Below, piece by piece: positions 62,897-64,000 of a stretch of DNA of 64,000 nt; positions within the stretch are counted from its first letter, which is position 1; every line of letters starts with the position of its first letter. The position numbers and the translations under genes are program-made. The DNA comes from a virus (Duplodnaviria > Caudoviricetes): positions 8,068-72,067 of the IMG/VR virus record IMGVR_UViG_3300037755_000349; one strand, given 5' to 3'. A model generated the notes under the pieces. The model had not been told where the DNA came from, searched no databases, and saw only the letters and a program-made list of their open reading frames with translations.

Positions 62897-62989
62897 AGTT
62901 TGTCCAGTCGGCCGGCGTATGATCCGGCCGTTCCCCGCCGCGCTGCGCGCCGCTGGAGAAGAAAGATCAATCTTCCCCGGAGGCAGCCC

Positions 62990-63907
62990 ATGAGCGAAAC
63001 GCGTAATCTGGTCACATGGGTGAGGGAATACCTGCGGATCAATAAACCGGCGCGATGGATCGTCATCGCCCTGGCGTCGATCACTTTGTTCTTTCTGGCG
63101 CGCTGTGCATTCGCGCAGACGGCGCCTACCGTCACGCTCACGGTCACGCCCGCCACCGGAATCAGCCCGGTCACGCCGACCGCCACCTGGTCCTCAACCA
63201 ATGCCAGCACCTGCACCGCTTCGGGTGCATGGGCTGGGACCAAGGCGACTAGCGGCACGGAAACCTTGCCGGCGATCCAAAACAATGCGAGCTACACCCT
63301 GACCTGCACGGGGGTCGCCACGTCGACGACTGGCACCATAACCGTGAGCTGGATGCCGCCGACCGCGAACACGGATGGCACCCCCCTTACGAATCTGGAC
63401 GGCTACGACTTGCTATATGGCACCAGTAGCAACTCGCTGGACCAGAAAATCGACGTAACCAATTCGAAGGCCACCAGTTACATCGTGGACAATTTGCTAA
63501 TCCCGGACGCCGGTGTGACCTATTTCATCGGCATGAAGGCGTACAACCTCAACGGCATACGTTCGGAATTGAGCGATATCGCTTCCAAAGTCTTCCCACC
63601 TACCGGACCAGTGCCGACCGCCGTGAAGACGGCAACGGTTACGGTCAATAAAAAGCCGGGCATCCCCACGTTGCTGGTGGTGTCGAGCACGGCCATGTCG
63701 GTAAAGGTGAAATGGACGAATGGCAGGGTGGCGTTCGTGCTCGACAAGGAGATCGGGACCGTGCCGATTGGGACCGTGTGTCGACGTGATTTTCGAATCG
63801 CCAAGACGGACTACTTCCGCGTGGATCGGCGCTATGTGGATTTGACGTCGCCGACCCGTACGGTGCTGATTGTGGCCAATTGCAGCTCTAAACCGATTGC
63901 GGGGTGA
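62990..63907 (+). CDS. secreted/membrane-anchored Ig/Fn3-domain protein
   Basis: GGAGG RBS; signal/TM WIVIALASITLFFLARCAFA|Q; TVSWMPPTANTDGTPL..L.GY...YGT Fn3 motif. Confidence 0.7.
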   Translation: MSETRNLVTWVREYLRINKPARWIVIALASITLFFLARCAFAQTAPTVTLTVTPATGISPVTPTATWSSTNASTCTASGAWAGTKATSGTETLPAIQNNASYTLTCTGVATSTTGTITVSWMPPTANTDGTPLTNLDGYDLLYGTSSNSLDQKIDVTNSKATSYIVDNLLIPDAGVTYFIGMKAYNLNGIRSELSDIASKVFPPTGPVPTAVKTATVTVNKKPGIPTLLVVSSTAMSVKVKWTNGRVAFVLDKEIGTVPIGTVCRRDFRIAKTDYFRVDRRYVDLTSPTRTVLIVANCSSKPIAG

Positions 63908-64000
63908 ACCATGGCATCCAGATCCCTTCGTGACATGCGCGGCATGATCCCGCACCAGATTGCGCAAGCGCGTCCGCCCGCGGCGATCGCTCCCACCCCC

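Noticed and set aside
1-64000. Integrase, DNA polymerase, RtcB, reverse transcriptase/DGR, rRNA
   Set aside because: No diagnostic motifs recognised in the supplied ORFs; lifestyle (temperate or lytic) cannot be decided from this window.

Overview
The window is part of a GC-rich tailed dsDNA phage genome with podovirus-like architecture. Rz/Rz1-type spanins point to a Gram-negative host. The order is: small accessory ORFs (1-6.9 kb); head genes with portal, GroES-like protein, scaffold and major capsid, plus a tRNA-Met (7-15 kb); fibre and tail genes (15-26 kb); GNAT/2OG-oxygenase/GNAT; three ejection proteins, including a ~3.9 kaa polyvalent protein (28-42 kb); a lysis cassette; a leftward recombination operon (DnaQ-like exonuclease, SSB, YqaJ, RecT); a rightward replication operon (DnaB, HNH, RusA, TerS); and an RNA-centred cassette at 59.6-62.4 kb. 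That cassette is the most striking feature. It has four tandem Y-RNA-like, circularly permuted tRNA mimics with co-varying terminal helices, followed by a Ro60/TROVE gene, an atypical tRNA with an enlarged anticodon arm, and a KTSC protein. I recognised no large terminase, integrase, DNA polymerase, RtcB or CRISPR array in the window. All product calls come from motif recognition by eye; no database search was run.
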